Shown here: piece by piece, positions 9,854 to 21,100 of the stretch
Position numbering within the stretch: position 1 is the stretch's first letter
Layout of the letters: each line of letters opens with the position of its first letter
Source of the DNA: a virus
IMG/VR virus record: IMGVR_UViG_3300024348_000007
DNA: 64,000 nt
Reading direction: 5' to 3' (one strand)
Position numbers and translations under genes: made by a program
The notes under the pieces: model-generated
Databases searched by the model: none
Seen by the model: the letters and a program-made list of their open reading frames with translations, nothing else
What the model was told of the DNA's origin: nothing

Positions 9854-12800
9854 ATGCCTATTAACACCAATCTAAATATTGCTCCCTACTTCGATGATTT
9901 TAATCTTGAAAAGCAATTTTATAAAATCTTGTTTAAGCCTGCGTACGCGGTTCAAGCTAGAGAGCTTACCCAACTTCAGACGATACTTCAAAATCAAGTT
10001 GAACAATTTGGAGATAACATCTATAAAGAAGGTAGTATTGTTAAAGGTTGTAACTTTACTACTCTTGATGATTTAGAATTCGTAAAGTTAACTGATAAAA
10101 CTGGGTTTGATCCTGAAAGTTATATCGGAGGAATAGCAGATGAGTTGGTTAGTGGTGTAACTGTTTCTGTTGATACAAAATACGAAATCGTTGGTGAAAA
10201 TTCTGGTCTAAAGGCATCGATCATTACGGCATCCCGCGGTTTTGAAACACGTCCTCCAGATCTTAATACATTCTATATTAACTATCTTAATACAACTGCT
10301 GGAAACTCACAGTTTATTGACGGTGAAAACCTAACAATTAACAAATATCGTTATAACGGTTCATTATTAATCGAAACATCGCTTAATGTAGCATCTATTA
10401 ACGTTACTAACTTGACACCTGCTACAGGGAGTTCTTACGGTATACAAGCTGCTGATGGTGTTGTATTTCAAAAGGGTCATTTCTTATTTGCTAATGCTCA
10501 AACTTTAATTGTTTCTAAGTATACAAATCAGCCTAATGATCTTTCTGCTGGTTACGAAGTCGTTGAAAGTTTAGTTTCATCGTTGCAAGATCCATCATTG
10601 TTCGATAACGCAAACGGATCTAACAATGAAAACGCGCCAGGTGCAGACAGACTTAAAATGGTTCCGACTCTTACTGTTAAAACTACTTCAGTTGCAGACG
10701 TCGACTCAGGCTTCTTTACATTAATTCGTTATCAAAACGGATTTCCGGTTACAATTCGCGATGTTACTCAGTTTAACTCTATTAGCGAAGAAATGGCTAA
10801 GAGAACATATGAAGAATCTGGTGATTATGTTGTCAGTGATTTTAAATCTACTACAGAAAGACGAGGCACAGATCTAAAAGTTTTAGTAGGTAAAGGTACT
10901 GCATACGTTAAAGGATATAGAGTAGAAAACAGAGGTAACCAGGACGTTACTATTGATCCAATTACTACTACAGAAATTCAAGAAAATCAATCTACTTCGT
11001 TAGAATACGGTTCTTATGTTAACATTACTGCAATTCAGGGTACAGTAGACGTTGACTACTCGTCTGTAACTTTACAAAGATCTACTGGTCAAACAATTGG
11101 TCAAGCCTTTGTTGCTAACATTACTCCTACTAGATTATACTTATTTGGTGTTTCGATCTCTGTATCAAGTTATACATTTGCAGACGTCACACGTATTGTA
11201 GGTACTTCTGGTGTTATTACGATTGCAGCTGGATCAAAACTTAAACAGACAAACAAATCTCCTCTAGTATTTAATACTGGAACAAAAAGCTTAAAAGAGT
11301 TAACTGATATTTCTTTACCTGTAAGAGCACAAGATAGTTCAGTAAGTGTAACGAATGATGTGATTACAATAGGACCTATCGTTGGAGCAGACTTCGGTGT
11401 CGACAACTCAGATATGGTATTTGTAGATGCTTCTAATACAGTTATTCCTATTTTAAGTTATACAATGTCTGTTAACAACTCGATTTTAACGGTTAATTTA
11501 GATCCCGCAGCTAACTCAGATCCTGCTGGAACTCTTTATTTTAATAAAAGAGAATTAAATGTAACGCCTTATAACAAACAATCCGTCGATACATGGACTA
11601 AATTTATTTGGAATAACGGCACAACTCAGTATAATCTTGGGTTGCCAGACGTATATGAAATCTTAACTATTGAAGATAGTTCAAACGTTGACTACAAAGA
11701 TAGCTTCAGATTGGTTACAAACCAAAAAGATAACTTTTATGATCATTCATATTTAGAAGTTATTCCTGGCAGACCTTTGCCTACAGCTGGTACGATATCT
11801 GTTAATTTAAAAGTATTTAAACCAAGTAATGCGACTGGAAAATATTTCTTCGCAATTAACTCTTATCCAGTAGATGATGTATCAGTTAATCTTCCTTCTG
11901 GCTATGTTCGTTCAACACAAATACCTGTTTATACATCAGATACCGGAAGAGTTTATAGATTAAGGGAATGCGTTGATTTTAGACCTTATAGAGATAAAGA
12001 TGGTGGAGCAAGTTATACAGCTTCAGTTGAAGCTTCGGCTGGAGTAGTTACAAACGGCGTAGGAGATCAACAACCTACGTTCTCAGATTATACTTTTCAA
12101 ATTCCAGCAATAAACGGAAGTTTAACTTCTGATATAGAGCATTATCTATCAAGAATTGACATGGTTACAATCGATTCGTTTGGTAAAGTAGCTACGATTA
12201 AAGGTACGGAAACAGCATCTCCCGTTCCACCAAAAGTCGGTGCTGATCAATTAGTTATAACACAAGTAACAGTACCTGGTTTTCCTGCGCTTTCACCCAA
12301 AGAGGCGATAGATCAAAATAAAGATTATTACGCAGTAAAGACTAAAGCTTCTGGTGTCAGAAATTATACTATGAAAGATATTTCTGGCTTTGATAAGCGT
12401 ATTAAAAATCTAGAATATTATGTAAGTTTAAACCAATTAGAGCAAAGTACACAAAATATGGTTGTGACTGATGAAAACGGTTTAACAAGATTTAAAAACG
12501 GTTTCTTAGTAGATCCTTTTAATGATACAAATATTTCTAACTTGCAGGATGCAACATTCTCTGCTGCTATTCAAAAAGATGACAGCATTTTATCTCCAAG
12601 TTTAACTACATTCCCTCTGGATTTAAAATATAAATCAGCAACAGGATCTAGTATCTTCCCATCAACTTCTGATGCCGAGATAGCTACATTAGGCAGAAAT
12701 GATCATGCAAAAATCGTTGGGCAACCATACGGTACCAACTTTAGAAACTTAGTAAGTAACTATTGGTCTTATAACGGAACTGGTCAATTATCACCTAGCC

Positions 12801-15205
12801 ACGATATGGCACACGATACTACATCGAATCCAGTTACTCTTGATATAGATTTAGTAACACCATTCACAGACTTTATAGAAAATTTACAAACATTTATTCC
12901 TTTGACTCAAACTACAGCCGTAAATACCGGTTCAGTTACGAGCCATCTTGGAGGTCGTACTTGGCAGACAGTAACTGATTTTACAGATACAACTAATACT
13001 TTAGGTATTGATCCTAATTCTGTTCCAGTTAACAATACAGTAGGTGACTTTGTATCAGATTTCCAATTCTCACCATTCATGAGAGCAAGAGATATTAAAA
13101 TATTTATTGCTGGTTTAAGACCAGACACACCGCATTATTTCTATTTTGACGGTGTTGCAGTTACTGATAAAGTAAGAGCAGGCGATCCTGACTCTACAAC
13201 AGCACGTGATGTTCAACCGTTCGGTGCCTTGTCCAGTACTGAAATTAGTACAGATTCAAATGGTATCTTAAGAGCGGTATTCGAATTACCAGGCAATACA
13301 TTCTTCGTAGGAGAAAGAACACTGACTGTTGCAGATAGTAGTACATTCGGTGATATTAAATCTGCATCTACTTCTCGCGCATCTATGGATTATCACGCTT
13401 ATAATATCTCTATAGAAAAAAGCAGTTTAACAACTTCTACTAGAGTACCAGAATTCGATATTACATCGACTGTAACTACGAGAAGCGTTGCTGGTCGACC
13501 ATTTAATATCGATCCTTTAGCTCAAACGTTCTTTGTTAAAAGCGGTATGGGTAGAGGAGCAAACTCAATCTTTGCTTCAAAGCTTGATTTATACTTTAAG
13601 CGTAAATCTGAAGTTAACGGCATTACTGTAATGTTAAGAGAAGTAGTAAACGGTTATCCATCATCTGCAATCTTACCTTTCTCTAAAATACATTTACAAG
13701 CAAGTGCAGTTAATGTTTCAGATGATGCTAGCGCAGTAACAACCATAGATTTCGATGCGCCTGTAAGATTAGATATAGAAAAAGAATACGCTATTGTTAT
13801 CATGCCAGATGCTAACGATCCAAACTATCTAACATTTACATCAAAAGTTGGTGGTACGGACTTAACGCCTGGTGCAACGCAAGGACAAGCTGTTGTTCAA
13901 GACTGGGGTGATGGAGTTCTATTCTCATCAACAAATAACATGGCTTGGAAATCTTACCAAGACGAAGATCTTAAGTTCACGATTTATAGACATAAATTTA
14001 ACTCTGCAACCGGTGCAGTTACTATGACTAATGACGATCATGAATTCTTTACGTTATCTGATTGGACTGGAAGATTTAGTGATGGAGAAGAAGTATATAC
14101 TGCTCTTGCTCTTTCAGGTTCGACAAGCGCATCTGTAACAATGATTTCAGGAACTAATGTTATAAGTGGTACAGCTTTAGGAGATACTTACGCAGCTGGT
14201 GATAGAATTCTTATCACTTCTGGAGTAAATAAAGAAATATTTGAAATCGCAAGTGTTGATAGTTCAACAGAAATGACTGCGACTAAGAAAATATCTTATC
14301 AAGCTGGAGCTGGTACTGTAGGTACACCTATCATAGCTGGTACTATATCGCATTATAATCCTTTAGAAAGAAGTATAATGCATCTTGTAAAAAGTTCTGC
14401 TACTAATTCTAAAAAGTTCTTAGCTGGTCAAACTATTACAGGTTTAAGAAGTACGATAGAAGGAACGATCGGTTCAGTAGATAATATTAATCTAAGTTAT
14501 GTGCAGCCTTTAATTATGAAAACAAATGATTCTACCACTAGCACAGGATTACGCAGTGTTGTAACTGACCCTGCTAATACTTCAACTAGTTATGCGTTGC
14601 CAATGCAATTTGGTGCTAAGAACACTTTTAATAAGAAGGGTGTTACAGTATTTTCAAGATCAAACGATATCGCTTTATCGAAACCATTTGAAATTGTGGT
14701 AGATATGGCAAACGGATCTTCTGAAACTACTTCGCCCGTTATTGATTTAGAAACATCTTCTTTACTTGCATATCAATATAGAGTTACAAATACTGCTGAT
14801 ACTACTTCTAAATATATTAGTAAAACAATTGAATTGGCAGAAGACTTAGACGCTGAAGATATGGAAGTTGTTATAACTGCGTATAAACCATCTGGTTCTG
14901 ATATTAAAGTTTATATTAAACCGCAGAATGTATATGACTCAGCATCATTTGCAAGTATACCTTGGATGGAGTTAGAAGCATTTGAAGGTGGAAGTTCATT
15001 TAGCTCAGATCTTAATTTACAAGATTATAGAGAAATCAAATATAGAGTTAAAGCTGCAAATCAAAATGGCGGAGTTATAGAATATACAAGTACAGGTGGA
15101 ACTTTCTTAGGATATAGAAAGTTTGCTATACGTATAGATATGCTTTCACCAGATATTGCAAAAGTACCAACTCTTAGGGATATGAGAGCGTTAGCTTTGA
15201 CATGA
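9854..15205 (+). CDS. Large virion structural protein (VrlC/DUF4815-like)
   Basis: N-terminus NLNIAPYFDDF...FYKILFKP..AVQARELTQLQTILQNQVE.FG, NAPGADRLK, RTYEESGDY, RFKNGFLVDPF, DPLAQTFFV. This family typically follows gp8 in marine T4-like phages. Confidence 0.8.
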   Translation: MPINTNLNIAPYFDDFNLEKQFYKILFKPAYAVQARELTQLQTILQNQVEQFGDNIYKEGSIVKGCNFTTLDDLEFVKLTDKTGFDPESYIGGIADELVSGVTVSVDTKYEIVGENSGLKASIITASRGFETRPPDLNTFYINYLNTTAGNSQFIDGENLTINKYRYNGSLLIETSLNVASINVTNLTPATGSSYGIQAADGVVFQKGHFLFANAQTLIVSKYTNQPNDLSAGYEVVESLVSSLQDPSLFDNANGSNNENAPGADRLKMVPTLTVKTTSVADVDSGFFTLIRYQNGFPVTIRDVTQFNSISEEMAKRTYEESGDYVVSDFKSTTERRGTDLKVLVGKGTAYVKGYRVENRGNQDVTIDPITTTEIQENQSTSLEYGSYVNITAIQGTVDVDYSSVTLQRSTGQTIGQAFVANITPTRLYLFGVSISVSSYTFADVTRIVGTSGVITIAAGSKLKQTNKSPLVFNTGTKSLKELTDISLPVRAQDSSVSVTNDVITIGPIVGADFGVDNSDMVFVDASNTVIPILSYTMSVNNSILTVNLDPAANSDPAGTLYFNKRELNVTPYNKQSVDTWTKFIWNNGTTQYNLGLPDVYEILTIEDSSNVDYKDSFRLVTNQKDNFYDHSYLEVIPGRPLPTAGTISVNLKVFKPSNATGKYFFAINSYPVDDVSVNLPSGYVRSTQIPVYTSDTGRVYRLRECVDFRPYRDKDGGASYTASVEASAGVVTNGVGDQQPTFSDYTFQIPAINGSLTSDIEHYLSRIDMVTIDSFGKVATIKGTETASPVPPKVGADQLVITQVTVPGFPALSPKEAIDQNKDYYAVKTKASGVRNYTMKDISGFDKRIKNLEYYVSLNQLEQSTQNMVVTDENGLTRFKNGFLVDPFNDTNISNLQDATFSAAIQKDDSILSPSLTTFPLDLKYKSATGSSIFPSTSDAEIATLGRNDHAKIVGQPYGTNFRNLVSNYWSYNGTGQLSPSHDMAHDTTSNPVTLDIDLVTPFTDFIENLQTFIPLTQTTAVNTGSVTSHLGGRTWQTVTDFTDTTNTLGIDPNSVPVNNTVGDFVSDFQFSPFMRARDIKIFIAGLRPDTPHYFYFDGVAVTDKVRAGDPDSTTARDVQPFGALSSTEISTDSNGILRAVFELPGNTFFVGERTLTVADSSTFGDIKSASTSRASMDYHAYNISIEKSSLTTSTRVPEFDITSTVTTRSVAGRPFNIDPLAQTFFVKSGMGRGANSIFASKLDLYFKRKSEVNGITVMLREVVNGYPSSAILPFSKIHLQASAVNVSDDASAVTTIDFDAPVRLDIEKEYAIVIMPDANDPNYLTFTSKVGGTDLTPGATQGQAVVQDWGDGVLFSSTNNMAWKSYQDEDLKFTIYRHKFNSATGAVTMTNDDHEFFTLSDWTGRFSDGEEVYTALALSGSTSASVTMISGTNVISGTALGDTYAAGDRILITSGVNKEIFEIASVDSSTEMTATKKISYQAGAGTVGTPIIAGTISHYNPLERSIMHLVKSSATNSKKFLAGQTITGLRSTIEGTIGSVDNINLSYVQPLIMKTNDSTTSTGLRSVVTDPANTSTSYALPMQFGAKNTFNKKGVTVFSRSNDIALSKPFEIVVDMANGSSETTSPVIDLETSSLLAYQYRVTNTADTTSKYISKTIELAEDLDAEDMEVVITAYKPSGSDIKVYIKPQNVYDSASFASIPWMELEAFEGGSSFSSDLNLQDYREIKYRVKAANQNGGVIEYTSTGGTFLGYRKFAIRIDMLSPDIAKVPTLRDMRALALT

Positions 15206-15387
15206 TAAATCAGGGGTTAATTAGGGACAAAACGCGAGCAATTTTAAATACCGATGCCGCGGCTTTAAATAAATATAAGCAAGAACGAGCATTGCATAGA
15301 AAAGTAAATAACCTAAGCAAAGAAATTGATGATATTAAAAGTCTATTATTACAAGTTACAGATAGACTAGATAAGATAGAGAAGTAG
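15202..15387 (+). CDS. Small coiled-coil hypothetical protein
   Basis: ATGA overlap with the upstream gene, fills the gap to the next gene, heptad-like C-terminus. Confidence 0.65.
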   Translation: MINQGLIRDKTRAILNTDAAALNKYKQERALHRKVNNLSKEIDDIKSLLLQVTDRLDKIEK

Positions 15388-15389
15388 AG

Positions 15390-16589
15390 ATGGCAAAACC
15401 TAATATTCAAAACATTACCACTACACAAACATTTCAAAATTGGTTTGATAAAACCAACGAGATGGTAGATCTTATGCGATCATCCGTTATAACAGCAACA
15501 GCGTTAGGAGATTCTACAACTGGAGATGCTTCATTAGCCGGTGACTTTACAGCAAATAATATATTTGCCGATACATTGTTAAAATCAGATACTATTGAAT
15601 CTTTTTCTAGCAATAACAGAATTGATCTAAACTCACCAATAAAAATAAACGGTAGTTCTAAACAAGTTGCTATATTTAATTTTAATACTGGAGCACAAAC
15701 TAGATATACAGATGGAACATTATCTTGGGATATGGGCATTAATAACTCTAGTGACGGTGATTTCGTTATCGATACTGGTTCTGGTGATGTTAAATTTAAA
15801 TTATCGACTGCAGGTACCTTAGATATTATTAATTTAAACGTATCAGGAAGTACAAATATAACAGGAGATATTGATCTTGACGGTACTTTTACAGGAAATG
15901 TAAGTGCAAATACTATATCATTTGTTACTGCAACTGGCGGAACATTTACTGGTGATCATGTTGGTGATATTTACGCTTCAAACGGTTCGACTAAAGTATT
16001 CGAAAACGGAAATGGTACTGCTGCTGGTGTAGCTCAATTTACAGGTAACGTTCAAGGTACTGTATCAAGTTTAACAAACCATTATACAGACGCGCTAGCT
16101 GAAAAGCCTGACAATTTAGGTGGACCAACAAATTTATGGTATACTGATACTAGAGCTAGATCCTCGCTTTCAGCAGGAACTGGTATGTCTTACGACTCAT
16201 CTACAGGAGAATTTTCTATTGGTCAAACAGTAGCTACAACTTCAGATGTTACATTCGGTGGCGTTAGTGTTAATGGTTCTGTTGTTGCAACTGGTAATAT
16301 TACTGCTTATGGCACTGTATCAGATATCACAATGAAAGAAAACATTACACCAATTGATAATGCTTTAGAAAAAGTACAACAATTAGGCGGCTACTTGTTT
16401 AATTATAAAGGTGATGATACACAAATGAGCGGTGTTATGGCTCAAGAAATTAAAGATGTTGTTCCAGGTATTGTCTACGAAATAGAAGACCCAAATACAA
16501 AAGAAACAGTTTATGCTGTAAGGCACGGAAATCTGGTTGGTCTACTAATCGAAGCCATTAAGGAATTAACTGAAAAAGTAGGCAAATAA
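15390..16589 (+). CDS. Tail fibre protein with C-terminal intramolecular chaperone (peptidase S74-like)
   Basis: N-terminal TFQNWFDKTNE. C-terminal GNITAYGTVSDITMKENI..I.NALEKV.QL.GY.F....GVMAQE....P..V..LVGLLIEAIKEL. Confidence 0.8.
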   Translation: MAKPNIQNITTTQTFQNWFDKTNEMVDLMRSSVITATALGDSTTGDASLAGDFTANNIFADTLLKSDTIESFSSNNRIDLNSPIKINGSSKQVAIFNFNTGAQTRYTDGTLSWDMGINNSSDGDFVIDTGSGDVKFKLSTAGTLDIINLNVSGSTNITGDIDLDGTFTGNVSANTISFVTATGGTFTGDHVGDIYASNGSTKVFENGNGTAAGVAQFTGNVQGTVSSLTNHYTDALAEKPDNLGGPTNLWYTDTRARSSLSAGTGMSYDSSTGEFSIGQTVATTSDVTFGGVSVNGSVVATGNITAYGTVSDITMKENITPIDNALEKVQQLGGYLFNYKGDDTQMSGVMAQEIKDVVPGIVYEIEDPNTKETVYAVRHGNLVGLLIEAIKELTEKVGK

Positions 16590-16590
16590 T

Positions 16591-17511
16591 ATGGCTATCA
16601 AGGCTTCTGGCACTTTATCGATACAAGATATTGTTGATGAATTTGGAGGTACCGAACCTCATAGTTTAAACGAATATTATCGTGGTGGTGATAATGTATC
16701 TAACAACTCGTATAATCAAAACATTCCTACAAACGGTGAAATATCGGTAGGAGATTTTTATAGTGCAAGAGCCTCAGTTCAGTTTGCAATATTAGCATAC
16801 GGTGGTGGAGGCGGTGGAGGTAACGGCTTTGCAGATGGTTCTGGATCTGGAAGAACCAATCAAGGTCGAAGCTCTGGTATTATGTCAGAAGCAACATATA
16901 ATCTATACGTGACAAATGGTAATATAGGAACTGTAAATGTTCCTTCTGGAAATTATCTTGCTGCGGCAATTGCGACAGGCGGAGCTGGAGGATTTATAGC
17001 AAACAGTAACGGAACTTCTGCTGGTTTTGCAGGTGGAGGTACAGAATTCGGAGAAGGTGGTGCAGGCGGTGTTGTTAATAATATAGGTGGAGATGCACCT
17101 TGGGGACATTGGGGCTCAGGAGGTGGCGGAGCTGGTGGAGATAACGGTTCTGGATCGTATCTTGGTTATAACAACGATAGTCCTGGTGAAGCCGGTACTG
17201 GAGGAAATCAGGGTAGTAACATTACTATAAGTTTAGATTTAGTTGCTGGCGTAAAGTATTATGTAATGATCGGAGGCGGTGGTCAAAACGGTACAGGTGG
17301 AAACTACGCGGGTGGAGACGGAAATCCTGGAGCAGTTTTATATAGAATTAATAGTGATGAGTTGCCTCAATTTGTAGGAACAGGTAACAACGCTGACGGC
17401 GTAATCGCTCCAGAAGAAGCGACTGGAACTGAAGCGCTTAGAATAAAAAATCACGTTTTTGAAATTGTATTAACAAATAGTGGTGATATCACTACTACAA
17501 AAGTATTTTGA
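16591..17511 (+). CDS. Glycine-rich fibre-tip/adhesin-like protein (gp38-like organisation)
   Basis: N-terminal SGTLSIQDIVDEFGG..PHSLNEYYRGG, then multiple GGGGGGG/GGAGG segments. Lies directly after the S74-chaperone fibre. Confidence 0.6.
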   Translation: MAIKASGTLSIQDIVDEFGGTEPHSLNEYYRGGDNVSNNSYNQNIPTNGEISVGDFYSARASVQFAILAYGGGGGGGNGFADGSGSGRTNQGRSSGIMSEATYNLYVTNGNIGTVNVPSGNYLAAAIATGGAGGFIANSNGTSAGFAGGGTEFGEGGAGGVVNNIGGDAPWGHWGSGGGGAGGDNGSGSYLGYNNDSPGEAGTGGNQGSNITISLDLVAGVKYYVMIGGGGQNGTGGNYAGGDGNPGAVLYRINSDELPQFVGTGNNADGVIAPEEATGTEALRIKNHVFEIVLTNSGDITTTKVF

Positions 17512-17521
17512 GGAATAAGAT

Positions 17522-18136
17522 ATGGATATGAAAAAATTCAAAGGCTTTTATCCATCTTTAGATAGAGCTTTAGATATTGTTCCGAATAATATGATACATT
17601 CTCTTGTTTTTACAAGAAGAGAAAATTCATTTACTGCTGCTCTTATCATGCATTACAGAGGTGATGAATATAGAGAAAAGTTTGAAGAACTAATTAATTA
17701 TGATCTCGGAGCAGATTGGTATAAAGCAGCTTATAGAATTAACGTTGCATTTATGTGTGTAGACTTAGAAAGTATTGATACAGAATCATTAAGAGTTTAT
17801 AAAAACCAACCACAAAATATCCCTACTGGAATAGAAGCTACAGATGATGTAGAAGATTGGCATGAAAATTTAGGTTATTATATTAACACTAAAACTAATG
17901 AAGTTTTAGGAACTAAACACTACATAAGAAGTTCGCGAGATCGCTGTTACAAAATTGATTATTATGACAAATCTGGCAATAAAATAAAAGAAGATCAAAG
18001 AGAAGTTATAGGCGAATATGAAGACTGGAACGGTCCTAAAGAAATCTATAATATTGCGGTAGAAGCTGGTGTCTCAACTGGGTTTGCTAAGAAAGTAAAC
18101 AAAGATCAAGGCTATTTTATTGTTCACCAGGACTAA
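17522..18136 (+). CDS. Hypothetical protein
   Basis: 204-aa ORF with GAGG RBS, in operon orientation; no recognisable motif. Confidence 0.7.
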   Translation: MDMKKFKGFYPSLDRALDIVPNNMIHSLVFTRRENSFTAALIMHYRGDEYREKFEELINYDLGADWYKAAYRINVAFMCVDLESIDTESLRVYKNQPQNIPTGIEATDDVEDWHENLGYYINTKTNEVLGTKHYIRSSRDRCYKIDYYDKSGNKIKEDQREVIGEYEDWNGPKEIYNIAVEAGVSTGFAKKVNKDQGYFIVHQD

Positions 18137-18154
18137 CATCCTCAGCCAGATTTA

Positions 18155-18162
18155 TATAAATA
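18155..18162 (+). promoter_or_regulatory. T4-type late promoter TATAAATA
   Basis: Exact motif in the intergenic region ~30 nt upstream of the 4013-aa gene. Confidence 0.8.
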
Positions 18163-18193
18163 AAAGAAATTAGATTTAAAAAGGTACTCGAGA

Positions 18194-21100
18194 ATGTCGT
18201 TGATTTCAGAACTAGGTCCGATAAAAGGCGCTAATACAAGATCCGAGGACTTGTTTGTCATTGTTAACTTGATCCAAGGTGATGACGGAACGAAAAACAT
18301 CACACGAAAAGAGATGGTCCAAGCTCTTCAGTATGAAATATTCAATAGAATAACTATTACTGGCGGGACGATATCAAACGTTACGATGTCTTCTTCTACT
18401 CTTAACACAGTTATTATCAATGACTCAGCATATAATAACGGAACGATTACAGGTTCAGCACTAAGCTCTGTATCTATTATTAATTCTACAGCAAATAATC
18501 TTACTATTACGAGCTCAGATTTCTCTGATGGTACTGGTAACAATAACATCTTTACCAACACTACTTTAATTGACTCAGACATCCTTGATAGTGATGCCAA
18601 CAATATGTTAATTGATAACTCTGATTTCTCTAATGGAACAGGCAATAATAACGTATTTACAAATTCACGTATCGATAACTCTGATTTTGCGAATGTTGCA
18701 ATTGAAGGTGGTACTGCTAATAATCTAACTCTTACGAATGTTATCATCGACGAAATCGTTCTTGAAGACGCGTTGATGTCAAACTCAGTAATCATTACTA
18801 CTGACTTTAGTAATGGTACAATTCGTGACACAGCAATTTCTGGTAATACAACTATCGTTGACGCTAATTTCTCTAATGGCGACATTCGTGACACAGACTT
18901 AGATAATGTTGATATTACAAACTCTCGTTTTTCAAATGGTCAAATTTGGGATACAACTGTAAGCAACTCAACTATTATTGACACGACTGCAAATAACATT
19001 GTAATGACATCTTCAATCATATCAAGTTCTGCACTTAATGATAGTACTGCTAACAATGTTAACATTACAAACTCAGACTTCTCTGATGGAACTGGTAACA
19101 ATAACATCTTTACCAATACTACTATTCAAGATGGTACACTTGCTAATAACGTTATTACCAACTCATCATTCCAAGGTACACTTGATAATGTAACTGCTCA
19201 GAATATGACAATCACAAGTTCATCAACTGAAGGACTTGGTCAACAAAAATCAGTTATTGAAAATTCAGAATTTAAAGATGGTACTGTATCTAATTCATCA
19301 ATCGAGGAAAGCACTCTTGTTGATTTTGATATGGATATTACCAGAACATTCGAGCCTATGCTTGATGAAGATAGTTACTTTGCTCTAAAGAACGTCAAAA
19401 CTGGCGATACAGAGAAAATGACTTATCGTCAACTTTACAACGAATTCTCAAAGAAAACAGAAAAATCTCTTAAAGTACATGTTGCTTCGGACGGTAACGA
19501 TGATTATCCTGGTACAATTCTACAACCAGTTCGTACATTAAAACGTGCTGAGAAAATTGCTTTAGAAAAAGCTGGCGGATCTTATGATCGTAACGCAATT
19601 AATGATGCAGTTCACATTTCAGTAGGTCCAGGTACTTATTATGTAGATGAGCCTGTCATGTTGCCAGATGATTGTTCTATGACATCAACTGCTGGTCAGT
19701 ACGCTACTGTAATTCAGAAAAAGCCAGGTTGGGAAAGAACAAACGGTATCTTAGTTGGATCTGGTTGTTACGTCCAAGGTTTCTCTTATATGAACTTTGA
19801 GGTAGATAACTTTGACCAACCTGAAGGTGGTTTTGCTATCGCTTACAGACCGGGTGCTCTACTAAGACGTTCTCCATATCTTCGTGACTCTACACAGCTT
19901 TCAAACTTTAATAGACTTGATGTTGAACCTCCGTTAAATCCGTTTAACTCAAAAGGTACCATCCTTGATTTAGGTCAGGAATTCTATTTAGTTGCAGGTC
20001 ACTCTGCTCAAACTCAATTTGAAGTTGATGATGAAGTAACATTCTCATCTGGTGCAACAGGTTATGTTTCATATATTGCTGATATTGATACTAACAGACA
20101 AATTTATGTTCGTAACCTTAAAGGTAATGTTGAAGTTGGAGATATTTTATACGCACAACGTGGTGGTACAGGTACTATCGAGTCAATCGGAATTGATGAT
20201 TTCCCTAACAGACTAGTTGGTCGTGGCGGTGGTTGTCTACTCGCAGACAGAGCACAACTTGATACAGACTCACTATATACATACGTACTTTGTTTTGGTT
20301 TCACACCTCGTACTCAAAACGGTACAGGTTACGTTGCTAAAAACGGTGCTGGTGTTAACGGTATTGGTTCACTTTCAATCTTTACACGTCAGGCGTTCTT
20401 TGCTCTTGACGGTGGCCAAATGACATTGAACAACTCAGGTTCTCAGTTTGGTGACATATCAATGAGAGCAAGAGGCAGTACGGTTATTATTAGACCTGCA
20501 GAAGCCACTGCAGCCAACTTAACAGCAAACTCTGCATTCGCTGACGTAATCGAAGAAAATAAACAAGAAATAGTAGATGATATGGTTTATCATCTTACAA
20601 CTCCTGTTGCAAGCGGCGGTTTGGGTTATCAAGGTTATAACGCTGATAAATGCTTTAGAGATACTGGTATTATTGTTGATAATACAGGTTATGACATTGC
20701 AACAAACGGAAACTATTGGGGAAGATTAAACGGTATATCTTACCGTTCACCGATTTCATATCTTGTTGTTGACGAACAATTAACAGAAACTACTGGTTCT
20801 ATCGAACACCTTAAAGACTCAATGACTAGCTCAGATGGCGGCATCTTCGGATACGCAAGTTCTACAGTTAGAGCAAGAATTGATACTTCTTTAAATGAAA
20901 CTCTTAATATTTTACAAAACGGAGAAGAAGCTGCTAATCCTATTATCTTCGCTGATACAGGAAAATCAGATCAAACAGCGGCTCGCGAAGTAGTACAAGT
21001 AAACAGAGATTTAATCATTAACGAATTCGTAGATTGGATCGACAACAACGACGAGTTTTATGCTTATGACAGTGTAAAATGCGAACGCGATGTTCAAGAG

